NCBI GenBank assembly: GCA_014905635.1
Contig: JABVCE010000045.1
Location: 62,001-126,000 of the forward strand
Direction: 5' to 3'
DNA: 64,000 nucleotides
Origin: Scenedesmus sp. PABB004
Lineage: Eukaryota
Part shown: piece after piece, positions 10,341 to 22,200 of the stretch
Position numbering within the stretch: the stretch's first letter is position 1
Layout: each line of letters begins with the position of its first letter
Made by a program: the position numbers and the translations under genes
The notes under the pieces: model-generated
Told to the model about the DNA's origin: nothing
Databases searched by the model: none
The model's input: only the letters and a program-made list of their open reading frames with translations

Positions 10341-13333
10341 ATGGGCACGGGGCGTGACAAGAAGAAGAAGGCCAAGGAGAAGAAGGTCGGCCCCGTGGCG
10401 GGCAAGGGCAGCGAGAAGACCGAGCGCAAGACGCGGGCCAACGAGGAGAAGAAGGACCGCCGCGCGGGTGCGCCGCCGCCCAGACGGCCGGCCGCGGCAG
10501 CCGCGCGGCGCCGCCGGCCGCGGCAGCCGCGTGGCGCCGCCGCCGCGACTGTGGCCACCGCGGCGCAGACAAGCGGCTGGCGGGGGATGAGGACGACCTG
10601 GACGCGCTGCTGGCCAAGGTCGCGCTGGAGGACCGGGCGCTGAAGGCGGTCACGCTCGTCACAGACGCGCCGCCGCCGAGCGCGCGCGTCAACGCGTCGT
10701 TCGTGCCCTACGTCACGCCGGTGCGCGCCCGGTCGCCTCCCGCGCCTGCCGCGCCCGCGCCTCCCGCGCCCGCGGCGGGCGCGCGCCCGCGAGCGCGGCC
10801 GACCCCGCCCCGCCCCGCCGCGCCCCGCCCGCGGCGCGCGCAGCGCGGCAGCGAGATCATTCTGTTTGGCGGCGAGTGGAGCGACCACGTGCGCGGCAAG
10901 GTCTACGTCTACAAAGACCTCTACCGCTTCAACCCCGACAAGCAGCGCTGGACGCAGGTGCTGTCAAAGGGGTGAGCGCCGCGACGCGACACGCGCGCGC
11001 GCGGCGACGCGGGGCGCGGCGGCGCGGCGGCGAGCGGCCACGCACGCCGCCCGCGCGCGCCCCGACGCCGCGCCGCGCCGCTCCGCGCCGCCGCGCGCCC
11101 CAGGCCGACGCCGCGGTGCGCGCACCAGGCGTTCGTGCACCGCTCCAGCATGTACGTCTGGGGCGGCGAGTTCAGCAGCCCCAACCAGGAGCGCTTCATG
11201 CACTTCCGGTGAGCGAGGCCCCGCCGCACCAGCCGCGCCCGCCGGGCGGGCGCGCCGCGGCGCGGGGCGGAGGCGCCGCTCCGCAGCACACGCGCCGCTC
11301 TGCCGCTCCGCCGCGCACGCGCCGCCGCCGTCGCCGCCGCGTCCCGCAGCGACCTGTGGCGGCTCGACCTCGCGACCAACGAGTGGGACCAGCTCCCGCT
11401 CAAGGGCGGCCCCTCGGCGCGCAGCGGGCACCGCGTCGCCGTGCACAAGGGCCGCGCGCTGCTCTTTGGTGGCTTCTACGACAACGGCCGCGACGTCAAG
11501 TGAGCCAGCCAGGGTTTACCAGCTCCGCCGCCGCCCCGCCGCCGCCGCCGCCGCGTTGGCAGCGCCGGCTTGAACCCTGAACCGCTGACCCCGAGCCCTC
11601 TGAACCCCGCCGCCAAACACGCCACAGGTACTACAACGACCTGTGGGCGCTCGACCTCGCCGAGATGGCCTGGACGCCGCTCGGCAGCCCCGGCGCGGGG
11701 CCGTGGCCCGCCGCGCGCAGCGGGTGCCAGCTCGCGGTCGCGGGCGACACGCTGTTCATGTACGGCGGCTACGTCAAGGTGGGGCGCGTGGGTGTGTCTG
11801 TGGGTGCGTGGGTGTGTGTGGGTGGGTGTGTGTGTGGGTGGGTGGGTGGGTGGGTGGGTGGGTGGGTGTGTTTGGAGGGGGGGGGGGGGGGGCGCCGCGC
11901 GCTGCCGCCTCGCTTGGCGCAGCACGCAGCTCACGCAGCAGCTCACGCAGCAACGCGTGTGCCAAACGCCGGCGCGCCGCGCAGGACAAGGACGACGAGG
12001 ACGAGGACCTGGAGCACGGCAAGGCCCACGACGACATGTGGGCACTCGACCTCAACACACACACCGTGCGCCGCGCCGCGGCCGCCGGCGCCGCGCCGCG
12101 CCGCCCGGCCCCGCGCGCCCCGCCCGCTGACGCTGCCGCCGCCGCCGCCGCCGCCGCCGGCGGGGGGCAGTGGGAGCGCGTGAAGAAGGCTGGCATGGCC
12201 CCGGGGCCGCGCAGCTCGTTCGCGATGGCGAGCCACAAGAACCGCGCGTTCCTGTTTGGCGGCGTGAGCGACAACGAGACCAAGCGCGGCGAGGACCTGT
12301 CCAGCGAGTTCCACAACGACCTCTACACCTTTAGCTTCGCCAACCGCCGCTGGTTCGCCGCGCAGCTGCGCCCGCCAAAGGACTACAAGCAGCAGGCGGG
12401 CGGCGGCGGCGGCGACGCGGGCGCGGCGGCGGAGGAGGGCCCGCAGCAGCAGCCGCCGCCGCCGCCGCAGCAGCGGCAGGCGGGCGGCGGCGGCGGCGGG
12501 GCCAGCGGCAGCAGCAGCAGCAGCAGCGCCGCAGCCGGCGGCGCGCCCGCACCGCCGCGGCAGGCGGGCGGCGCAGGCGGCGGCGGCGCCGCCGCGGGCG
12601 CGGGGCTGTCGCGCGAGCTCGGCGCGCTGCTGGAGGCGGGGCAGGACAAGGACTCGCCCATCTACCGCGCCGCCGTGCGCATCCAGAGCCGCTTCAGGCG
12701 CGCGCGGCGCGCGGCGCTCGGCCGCGCGCGGCGCCGCGGCGCTCGGCGCGCGGCGCGCGGCTGGCGCACGCGCGCGCCCACGCCGGCCCGGCGGCGGCGC
12801 GTGTGCATGCAGGGGCTACGTCGTGCGCAAGGCCTACAAGCTCTACCAGCTGGGCGGCGTGGTGAGCGAGATCCTCTACTCCCCCGCCGCGTACGGGCTG
12901 GACATGTCCGTGCGCAACATGCCCAAGCCGCGCGCGCGCATCAGCCCGCAGGTGCGCGCGCGGGGGGGGGGGGGGGGGGGGGGGGGGGGACGCGCGGGCG
13001 GGGGCGCGCGCGCGCGCGCGGGCGGCGGCGCGTCCGGGCGCGCGCGCGGCGCGAGGGGCCCGCCGCGCGTCGCGCGCGCGCCGTGTGCCGCGCCGCCAGG
13101 TCGCGGTCGTGGGCAACACGCTGTGGCTGCTCGGCGGCGTGGTGGAGGTGGGTGAGGCGGAGATCACGCTGGATGACATGTGGAGCCTCGACCTGGCCAA
13201 GCTCGACGGTTGGAACCTGGTGAAGGAGAACACGGTCGGTGAGGACGTGTTTGCCGCCGCCGCGGCCAAGGCGCGCGCGCCCGGCAGCGACGACAGCGAG
13301 TGGGAGGACGCGTCGGAGGAGGAGGGGGCGTAG
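10341..13333 (+). CDS. KLHDC4: Kelch domain-containing protein 4 (KLHDC4/Kel3-like), multi-exon
   Basis: Basic N-terminus MGTGRDKKKKAK...KTERK and EDDLDALL. Kelch motifs PSARVNAS, ILFGGE, PTPRCAHQ, VWGGEFSSPNQERFMHF, PSARSGHR, LFGGFYD, YYNDLW, PGPRSSF, EFHNDLY, ITLDDMWSLDLAKLDGW. TAG at 13331-13333. Confidence 0.92.
11787..11892. repeat. Intronic (GGGT)n/(GT)n microsatellite plus poly-G
   Basis: Read directly; lies in a KLHDC4 intron. Confidence 0.9.
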
Positions 13334-13737
13334 GCGCGGGGCGCGGCGGCGGGCGCGCACAGCGCGCGCGGCGGTCGGGCGGACGCGGTCCGCGTCGCGG
13401 CTGAGCGGCCACCTGGCGGCGGCGGCAACGGGGTTGCCTCACTCCTGCAGCGGTCTCCCACACGCGCCCACACGGCCGCGTCAGTGCGACCCACAGAAGC
13501 GCCAGAAGCGCCGGCAGCCAGCGGCGGCAGCAGCAGCGCTCACATCGACCTCACCCCGCGCCGCCAGCAGCTCGCCGCAGCCCCCAGCAGCCCGCGGGGA
13601 GGCCCGTGAACTGCGCTACGTGACGCGCCGCCTTGGCAGGCCGCGCAGCGGCGGGCTGCCGGTGCCCGCAGCAGCGGCGGCCGCCAGAGGGACCGCCGCG
13701 GCCTGAGCAGCGGCCGGCCGGCCGCGCGGGCGGCGGC

Positions 13738-14382
13738 ATGGTCAAGAAGAAGGTGGGCGGCGCCCACCGCTACCGCGCGCTCGCGGGCGGCAAGCCCAGC
13801 GGCGGCGGCGGCGGCGGTGGCGGCGCGCCGGCAGGAGCAGCGGCACCGGCAGCCGAGGCGGCGGCCGGCGGCGGCGGGCCGCGGCCGCCGTCGCACGTGC
13901 AGCGCAAGCTGAGTCGGAAGGCGAAGTTCCTGGACAAGGTCGTCGCGACCGGCAGCGCGGCGGCGCTCGCGGTCGGCCGCGGCGGCGTGAAGAAGCGGCG
14001 GCGCCGCGCCGGCGCGGCGGCGCCGCTGCCGAGCCTCGCGTCGCTCGCGGGCGAGCTCGACTCGCTGCAGGCGGGCCTCGCCGCGCCGGGCGCGCGCGCG
14101 CGCGCGCAGCCGGGCAAGGGCACGCGCAGCAGCGTGAAGCGCGCCAAGGCGCGGCTCGCGCTCGGCGTGGCCGAGGGCGCGCGGCTCGCGGCGGTGCTCG
14201 GGCACCCGCAGTACCGGGCCGACCCCGTCGCCGCCATCACCAACCACCTCACCGCCACGCTGCCGCCGCCGCCGGCGCCGCCAAAGGCCCGCCCCCAAGG
14301 CGGCTCCGGCGGCGCCAAGAAGAAGGCGCGGCGCCGCAAGGCCGGCGGCGGCGGCGGCGGCGTCGCGGAGATGCAGTCGTAG
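13738..14382 (+). CDS. Ribosome biogenesis protein SLX9/FAM207A-like (single exon)
   Basis: Basic protein MVKKK...RKAKFLDKV...LPSLASL. C-terminal EGARLAAVLGHPQYRADPVAAITNHL matches the SLX9-family E..R...VL.HP.F...P..AI..HL pattern. Confidence 0.75.
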   Translation: MVKKKVGGAHRYRALAGGKPSGGGGGGGGAPAGAAAPAAEAAAGGGGPRPPSHVQRKLSRKAKFLDKVVATGSAAALAVGRGGVKKRRRRAGAAAPLPSLASLAGELDSLQAGLAAPGARARAQPGKGTRSSVKRAKARLALGVAEGARLAAVLGHPQYRADPVAAITNHLTATLPPPPAPPKARPQGGSGGAKKKARRRKAGGGGGGVAEMQS

Positions 14383-14805
14383 CGCCGCGCGCGCGGCCGC
14401 GGGCGGCGCGGCAGAGTTGTGACGCGCCCGGTGCGCCGTGGCGCCGAGCTGGCCAGCTCGCGGGGTCGCCCAGGAGCGCCGGCCAGCGCAGCGCGCGCGG
14501 CGGCGACGGCGCGCGGCAGCTCGGCCGGCTCCTCTGACAGGCTGGCTGGCAGCTCGGGGGCCCGGTGCCGCGCCCCCGGGCTGCTCTGGCGGGTTAGCCT
14601 GCGTCGAGAAGCACAGCAGTCGCTGGCCGAGGTCAGCCCTGTTGATGCGCGGCGCCGCTCGCGTCGCGCTGCTCCCCGTGGATCGCGCACCGCCGCGCCA
14701 GGGCAGCTCACGCGTCTGCCTAGCCCGCGCCGCCCGCCGTTCAGCAGCTCGCCGGCCCTTGAGGCGAGGCGGGCCCGCGTGCCGAATTCCGATTCTCCAG
14801 AGCAA

Positions 14806-15624
14806 ATGAGCCCCGTCGCGCCGGCGAGCGCGCCGCCAGCGGGCCTGGTGGTGATGGAGGCCCCGGAGGCCGCGCCCGCCACGCCGCCCACGCCCGCGCC
14901 CGCGCCCGTGGCGCGGCCACCCGCGCCGTCTCGCCCGGCCGCGCCCAAGGCGGCGCCAGCCAAGCAGCAGGGCGGGGGCGGCGGCCCGCCGGTCGGGCTC
15001 ATCGCAGCAGCAGCGGGCGCCGTGCTGGCGGCGGGCGTGGGCCTGGTGCTGGTGGGCAGGAAGAAGGGCGGCGCCGAGCCCGCCAAGAAGCCGGCGCCGC
15101 GCGCCGCGGCGGGCACGCGGCCGGCCAAGGCGGCCGCCGGCGCGAGCAGCAAGACGGCGTCGGCGCGGTGAGTCGTCGGCGCCGCCGCGGCGCGCGCGGG
15201 AGGTCGCGGCCGCCCGCACCGCTGGCGCCGTGTCCAATTGGCCGCGCGCCGGCGCGCGGCGGCGACGCGCGCCGCCGCGCCGACCCGTCGCACGCGCTCA
15301 CCCGCCCGCGCCGCCCGCGCCGCCCGCAGGAGCAGCAGCGGCGGCGGCGCCAAGCCGGCCGCCGCGCGCAGCGCGTCTGGCCGCGCCAGGAGCGCCGCCG
15401 GCAGCAGGCCCAGCTCCCGCGCCTCGAGCGGCGGCGGGGCGAGGAAGGCAGCCGCGGCGCCGGCGACCGAGGCCGAGGCCGCGCCCGCGCCCGCGCCCGC
15501 GGCGGCGGCGCCCAGGCAGCCCAAGCAGCCGGCCGCGGCGGCGCCGGCGGCCAACGGCGTGGCGGCCACGGCCGTCGCCGCCGCCGCCGCGGCCCCGGCC
15601 CTGGCGAGCGGCGTCGCGGTCGCG

Positions 15625-15655
<31 letters not shown>

Positions 15656-18600
15656 TTCCCGCGCCGGCGGCCCCGGCCCCGGCCGCGCCGGCGCCGGCGC
15701 CCGAGCCGGCGGCCCCCGCAGCAGCAGCGGCGCCGGCGCCCGCGGACGCCGAGCCGGCGGCCCCCGCCACGCCGGCGCCCGCGGCAGCCGCCGCGCCCGC
15801 GGCCGAGGCCACGCCCGCGGCGGCGCCCGCGCCCGTGGCCGCGGAGCCCGCAGCAGCAGCAGTGGCGCCGCCCGCGCAGCCAGCGGCGACGCCCGAGCCG
15901 GCGGCGGCAGCAGCGCCCCCCGCCGAGCCCGCGGCGGCCCCCGCCGCCACCGAGCCCGCGGCGGAGCCCGCGGCGGAGCCCGCGGCCGAGGCGGGCGGCG
16001 AGGCGGCCGCCGAGGCCCCGGCCGAGGGCGGGCCAGTGCCCGATGAGGTGCGTGCCCAGGCAGCCGCGCGCTGCGGCCGCCGCGCGCTGCGGCAGCCTCG
16101 TTCCTGCGCACACGCGCTCGCGCGCCGCCCGCGCGCCCGCCGCCGCCCGCCGCGCGCCGCGCCGCGCAGGAGGGTTTGATCGAGCTGGCCGAGGGCGAGA
16201 CGCTGCCGGTGGTGGACGAGGAGGGCAACCAGCTCGGCACGCTGCACGCGGACGGCCGCGTGCTGGACGACGCGGGCGAGGTCATCGGCTCGCTGGACGA
16301 CGACGGCAACGTGGTGCTGTTTGACCAGACCGGCGCCGAGGGTGAGGCGCGGCGGCGCGCGGGCGCGCGGGCGCGGGCGGGGCGCGCGGGCGGCCGCCGG
16401 GCGTCCCGGTCGCGGCGTCCGCGGGCCGCCTCGCCCGACCGCCGCCCGGCCCCCCGCGCCGCAGAGGTCGCGCTGTCGCCGGCGGAGGAGGAGGCGGAGC
16501 AGCTCATGCGCCAGGCGGCGGTCGCGTGGAACGTGCAGCACAACCGCGACGCGGCGGAGAACCTGCAGCGCCGCGCGCTCGAGGCCGTCACCGCCGCGGT
16601 GCGCGCGCACCTGCAACGCCACCCCGCCACGCTTGCCGCGCCCTGCCGCCGCCGCGCCCGCCGCTGACGCCGCCGCGGCCGCCGCCGCCGAATCCGCGCT
16701 GTGCGTGCGCGTGCGCGTGCGTGTGCGTGTGCGTGTGCGCGCAGCCGGGCGCGGCGCGGCCCGAGGTGATCGCCGAGGTCGCGTCGAGCCTCGCGGACAT
16801 GCTCTACGCCAGCGACAAGCTGCTCGACGCAAAGGGCGCGCTGCAGGTGCGGCCGGGCGCCCGCGCGCTCGCCGCGCCGCCACCCTGGCGTGACGGGCCA
16901 AGCGGGCGGCGCAGCGCCGACGCCAGACCGCGCGCGGCGGCGGCCGCGGCGAGCCCACGCGCCGCGCCGCCGCGCGCGCCGCCGCGCCGCGCCGCCGCGT
17001 CCAGGTCGCGCTGGACGCGGCCGAGGCGGGCGGGCAGCACGCGCTGTACATCAAGCTCTCAAACAACATGGGCGCGGTGCTGCGCAAGCAGGAGCTGCAC
17101 GAGGAGGTGCGGCGCCCCGCCGCCGACACCGCCCCCCGCGCCGCCGCTCGCCCGCGCACGCCCTCCCACCCACCCACCCACCCACACGCGCACACACGCT
17201 CACGCTCACGCTCACGCACGCACGCGCACGCGTCCGCGCGCAGGGCAAGGCGCTGCACAGCAAGGCGCTGCAGGTCGCGTTGGACAACTTTGGCGTCGCG
17301 CACGCGACGACCACGCTCGCGCGCGGCAACCTCGTCGACGCGCTCGACCAGCTCGGCGACCGCGCCGCGGCGCGCGCGCTGCTGACCGAGAGCGTCGCCG
17401 CGATCGCCGAGGCGCGCCGCGCCGCCGCCGCCGCGGCCCGCCGCGGCCTGCAGCTGCCGCCGCCCGCGCGCCCGCACGGTCGCAGCAGCAGGGCCCCTGA
17501 GCCGCCCCGCCCGCCCGCGTGCCGCACAGGTCGCCGCCAAGAAGGAGGCCGAGGAGGCGGAGAAGGCGGCGGGCGGCGCCGACGCGGCCGCGGCGGCCGA
17601 GGCGGCCGCCGCCGCCGAGGCGGCCGCCGCGACGGGGTCGGCCGACGGCCCCAGCCCCGAGATGGCGGCGATGCTCGCCATCGACGCCACGCGCGCCCAC
17701 ACCGCCAGCATCCGCGCCCAGGTGCGCCCGCCGCCCGCCGCCGCCCGGGCCCGCGCCGCCGCCGCCGCTGCGCCGCGCGGCCCCCCGCGCGCAGCCGTCC
17801 CCCCCGCGCGCGCCCGCCGCCGCGCGCCCGCCGCGCCGCGCGACGCCGCGCGCCGCGCGCGCTGCGCGCAGATTGAGCTGGCGCGGCTTGAGATGAAGGA
17901 CAAGGCCTTTGAGCGCGGCGTGGAGGTGCTGGAGGGCGCGCTCGCGCTCGCGCAGGACAAGTTTGGCAAGGAGACGCCCGAGGCCTGTGCGTGGCGGCGG
18001 CGGCGCGCGCGCGGCGCGCATTGGTGTGTAGCGTGCGCGAGCGGCCCCGCCCACGCCGCCCTTCACCGCCACTGGCGCCGCCGCCGCCGCAGCGTCGGTC
18101 ATGGCCGCGCTCGCGACGTGCCACCGCCAGGCGGGCAACCTCGACGCGTGCGTGTCGCTGTTCGAGCGCCTCTACGACATCAACGAGCGCCAGAGCGAGG
18201 GCGGCGCGGCCAACCAGAGCGGCGTCATGCTCGCGCGCACGCTCGCGGGTGCGCCGCGCCCGCGCCCGGCGCCGCAACCGCCGCCGCCGCGCCCGTGGCG
18301 TGCCCCGCGGCCTGCGTCGGCGCGGCACGGCGGCCGACGCCCCCTTCTGCCGCCGCCGCCGCCGCCGCCGGCGCCGGCGCAGATGTGCTGGGCGAGGCGG
18401 AGCGCCACTCCGACGCGCTGGCGTGGGGCGAGAAGGCGCTCGCGCTGATGCAGGCGCTCGCGGGCGTCAAGGTGCACCCCGCGCTGGAGCCGCTCTTCCA
18501 GCTGGTCATACAGCTGCGCCTCAAGACGGGTGAGTGGTGACGATGCTCCACGGTGGCGGCGCGGCCGCGCGGCGCGGCGGTTGGCGCGCGCGCGCGGCGC

Positions 18601-18848
18601 GGCACGGGGCGGGGCGGCGTGCTCACGGCGCCGCCGCCGCGCGCGGCGCCGCAGGCGACGAGGCGGGCGCGGAGGAGCTGCGCAAGCAGCTGCTCAAGGG
18701 CAAGCTGGCGATGGCCAACGCGGCGCAGCGCGGCGCGGGCCGGCCGCCGAGCGGCGCGGGCAAGGCGGGCGGCGCCAAGGGCGACAAGGCCGCCGCGGGC
18801 GGCCGGGGCGGCGCCAGCAAGCGCGGCGGCGGCCGGGGGCGCAAGTGA
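14806..18848 (+). CDS. Membrane-anchored TPR protein (kinesin-light-chain-like repeats) with a long Ala/Pro linker, multi-exon
   Basis: TM segment GLIAAAAGAVLAAGVGLVLVG followed by RKK. A/P/E-rich exon at 15330-16047. Acidic module VVDEEGNQLG...GRVLDDAGEVIGSLDDDGNVV. TPR-like exons SNNMGAVLRKQ..., KALQVALDNFGVAHATT..ARGNL, MAALATCHRQAGNLDAC. Stop at 18848. Confidence 0.7.
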
Positions 18849-19231
18849 GGCGGCGGCGGGCCGCGCGGAGCGCGGGCTCAGCGGGACGCGCGGGGCGCAG
18901 CGGGCGCAGCAGGGTTTGCGGGCGTGCGCACCGAGCAGCGGGAGCGAGGGGGCGGTGCGCGGCGGGCAGCGTTCACAATCTCATGTTCAGCGTGCGGCAG
19001 GGCGCTTGTCGGGATTTTTCCCGGGCGCGGCCCGCTGCACGTCCGGCCCCGCGGCGCGCGGCGCCGACGGCTGGTAACGGCGGCCATGCGCGTCCGGTGC
19101 GCGCGTGCCGGCTTGCAGTGCAGAGAGGGACCCACATGCCCCGTGCGCGGTCAAAGGTGGTCAGAGTCAACGCGCGCCGCCGGTCTGCGCGGTCGGCCGT
19201 GCCCCCGCCCGTCTGGTCAGCCCCAACGAAA

Positions 19232-22200
19232 TCACCGCAGCGGCGTGGCGCCGCCGCCCGGGGTGCCGTCCCCCATGCCCGTCAGCGCGGGCCCCGGGGT
19301 GAACGCCGAGCGCCGCGGCTGCGGCGGCGCGGCGCCGGGGCTCGCGCCCCAGAGCACCGGCGAGCTCGGCGCCGACGCCGCGCCGCTCAGGCCGCCCGGC
19401 GGCGCGCCGAAGCTGCTCCCAAACGCGGCGCTGCTGCGCGCGTTGGAGAGGAAGCCCGGCAGGCCCGCCGCCGCGTGCTGCGGGCCGCCCAGCATCACGC
19501 CGCCGCCGCCGCCGCCGCCCTGCTGCGCCGCGAGCGCAGCGAGCAGCCCGCCGTCGCCGCTGCCGCCGGCCGCGGCGAGGGTGGCGCGGTGCATGCTCGC
19601 CGCGGACGAGGCGCGCGCGGCCATCATGCTGTTGCGCTTGGTGGGGCTCTGCAGCTCGCTGATGAACTCCAGCTGCCGCGCCACCTTCTCCTCCCACTGC
19701 GCCAGCAGCGCCTGGTGCTGCTCCAGCCTGCGGGCGCAGCCGCGGGCGTCGGCGCGCTCACCCGCCGCCGCGCCCGGCGGGTCCCTCGGCGCGGCAGCGG
19801 CCGCCGCGCCCGGCGCCGGGCCGCAGTCCCACCTGTGCTTGACGTCTGCGAGCTCGCCGCGCGTGCCGACCGCCTCGAGCGCGGCGTTGAAGTCGGCGTG
19901 GCTGGCCTGCAGCTCTAGGAGCTCACGGTTCAGCGCCGACACGGCCGCGTATGCCGTGTTGACCTGCAGGCCGGCAGGCGGGGTGCAGCGGCGCGGTCCG
20001 TCAGGCCTCCGGACGCCCGGGGCGGCCCGCGCGCGCCGCGGCGACGCGCCGCGCGCCGGGCGCACGCGCCCCGCCGCCGCGCGGCGCACCCTGTCCGGCT
20101 CGGCCGCGTCGGCGGCGATGGTGTTGAGCACGCGCTCGAGCCGGCCGAGGCGCTCGCGGCCGCGCGCCGCCGTCTGGCCCAGGCTCGCGAGCAGCGCGGC
20201 GGCGGTGCGGTGCTGCCGATCGTTCATCGTCACGGGGGCGGACATGGACAGCGAGCCCTCGGACGCCTCCGGCCCCGGCGGCGCCGTCGCGGCCACGCTG
20301 CTGGGGCGCGACGCCGCCGCGGCGGCGGCCTCGGCCTGCGCCGACTCAAGCCGCTGCCGCGCGTCGCTGATGCGCTGCTCCTGCTCCTGCGCAGCAGGCG
20401 GCGGCGCGGGCCGCTTGGCGTGGGCGGCCGGGGCCGGCCGCCGCCGGCGCCGCCCGCGCGCCCGCGCCGGCGGGCGCCCACCTGCAGCTGCGCGCGCTCG
20501 CGCGCCAGCGCCTGGCGCTCGCGCGCGACGCCCGCGGCTGCCGCCTCCAGGCGCGCCGTGCCAGCCGCCACGTCCGCCTCGCGGCGCGAGAGGTCCGACG
20601 TGCCGTCCTGCAGCGCGCGGAGCTCGGCCTGTCGGGGCCGGCGCCCGCGCGGCGCTGGTCACGCCGCGCGCAGCGGTCGCGGCCGCGGCGGCCCGCCGCC
20701 CCCGCCCACCCGCCGGCGCGTCAAGCCGCGGCCCACCTGCTGCGCCGCCACGCGCCGCTCCGCGTCGCGCACCGCGCGCTCGCGGCCCTCCAGGTCTGCG
20801 CTGCCGGCCGCCAGCGCGGCGGCCATCTCCATGCGCAGCCCCTGTGCGCAGCGGGGAGGTGGCGCCGCCGGGTGAGGCCACGGGCGGCGCGGGGCGGGGG
20901 CATAGAGGGGGCGCCGATCACCGCCGAGCGCCGGGCGCGGGGTGCGCGCGCACCTCGAGCTGGCGCTCCTTGTCAGCCAGCGCGGCGGCCTGCGCAGCGA
21001 CCAGCCCCAGCAGCCGGCCCTGCTCCGCGTCGGCGCTCGCGCGCACGCTGCCCGCCGAGGCCTCCAGCTCGGCCTGGCGCTGCGCGAGCGCCGCAGACAT
21101 GCGGTCCAGCTCCTGCTGCGCCTGGCTCAGCGCCGCCTCGCGCGCGACAAGCTGCCCCGCGCGCGCCGCCGCCGCCGCGGGGCTGCCCAGGCCGCTCGCG
21201 CCCCCGCTCGCGCGCAGCACCGCCATGTCGCCCGCCTGCGCGGCCGCCTGCGCCTCCAGCTGGTGCCGCATCGCGACCAGGCGCGCGGCCTCCTCCGCCA
21301 CCGTCTGCGCACGCGCGACGCGGCGCAGCCGTGTCGGCGCGGCGCCGGCGCGGCGCGGCGCGGCGCCCCACCCTCTCTGCCGCGCGAGAGCCCACCTGCT
21401 GGTGCGCGGCGAGCGCGTCCGCTTGGGCAGTGAGCGTGGCCTCGCGCGCCGCCAGCTCGGCGGTCCGCGCCGCGGCGCGCTTGGCCGCTTCCTTCTCAGA
21501 CTCGATCCACACCACCTGCGGGGCGGCAGGCCGCCCGTGGGCCGCCGCGCGCCCCAGGGGCTGCAGCCCGCTGCCAGCCAGCACTCCGCTGCCCGGCCCG
21601 GCCCCCGCGGCGCCCGCCGCCCCCACCTGCGCCGCGCCCTCCTTGGCCGCCGCCGCCAGGCCCGCCGCGCGGGACGCGAGCTCCGCCTGCTGCTGCTGCA
21701 GCTCCGCGCGGAGCGCTTCCAGCTCAGCCTCGGCCTGGCCCACCGCCTCCTCGCGCCGCTCCAGCTGCGCCAGCAGCGACTGCACGGCCGCGCGCTGCTC
21801 CTGCAGGGCCGAGGCCTCGCGCACCACGCTGCCGCGCACCGACTGCGGCGCGCGCGAGGGACGGGGCGGGTCTCAAGCGCACCCCAGCACCGCACGCCCC
21901 CGGGTGCAGCACCAGCGGGCGGCACCCCGCACCTGAGCCGCCTGGGCCTCGGCGTTGCCGCGGATGCGCGCCCCGTCGGCCTCCGCCTGCAGCAGCACCA
22001 GCTGCTGCCGCGCCGCCTCCACGTCGGCGCGCGCCTGTGTGCGGGCGGCGGCCCGCATCGGCCGCCGCCGCGCCGAGCACGCAGCAGCCACACGCGCGCG
22101 CGCGCCGTGCCCGCTGCCTGCCTCGCCGCACCTGGTCGCGCTCCGCAAAGGTCGCCGCCGCGGCCGCCTTGGCCTCGCTCAGCGCGTCTGCCGCCGCGGC

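Noticed and set aside
13770..17969. 1399-aa minus-strand ORF
   Set aside because: Antisense shadow of the SLX9-like and TPR genes; stop codons are rare at this GC content.
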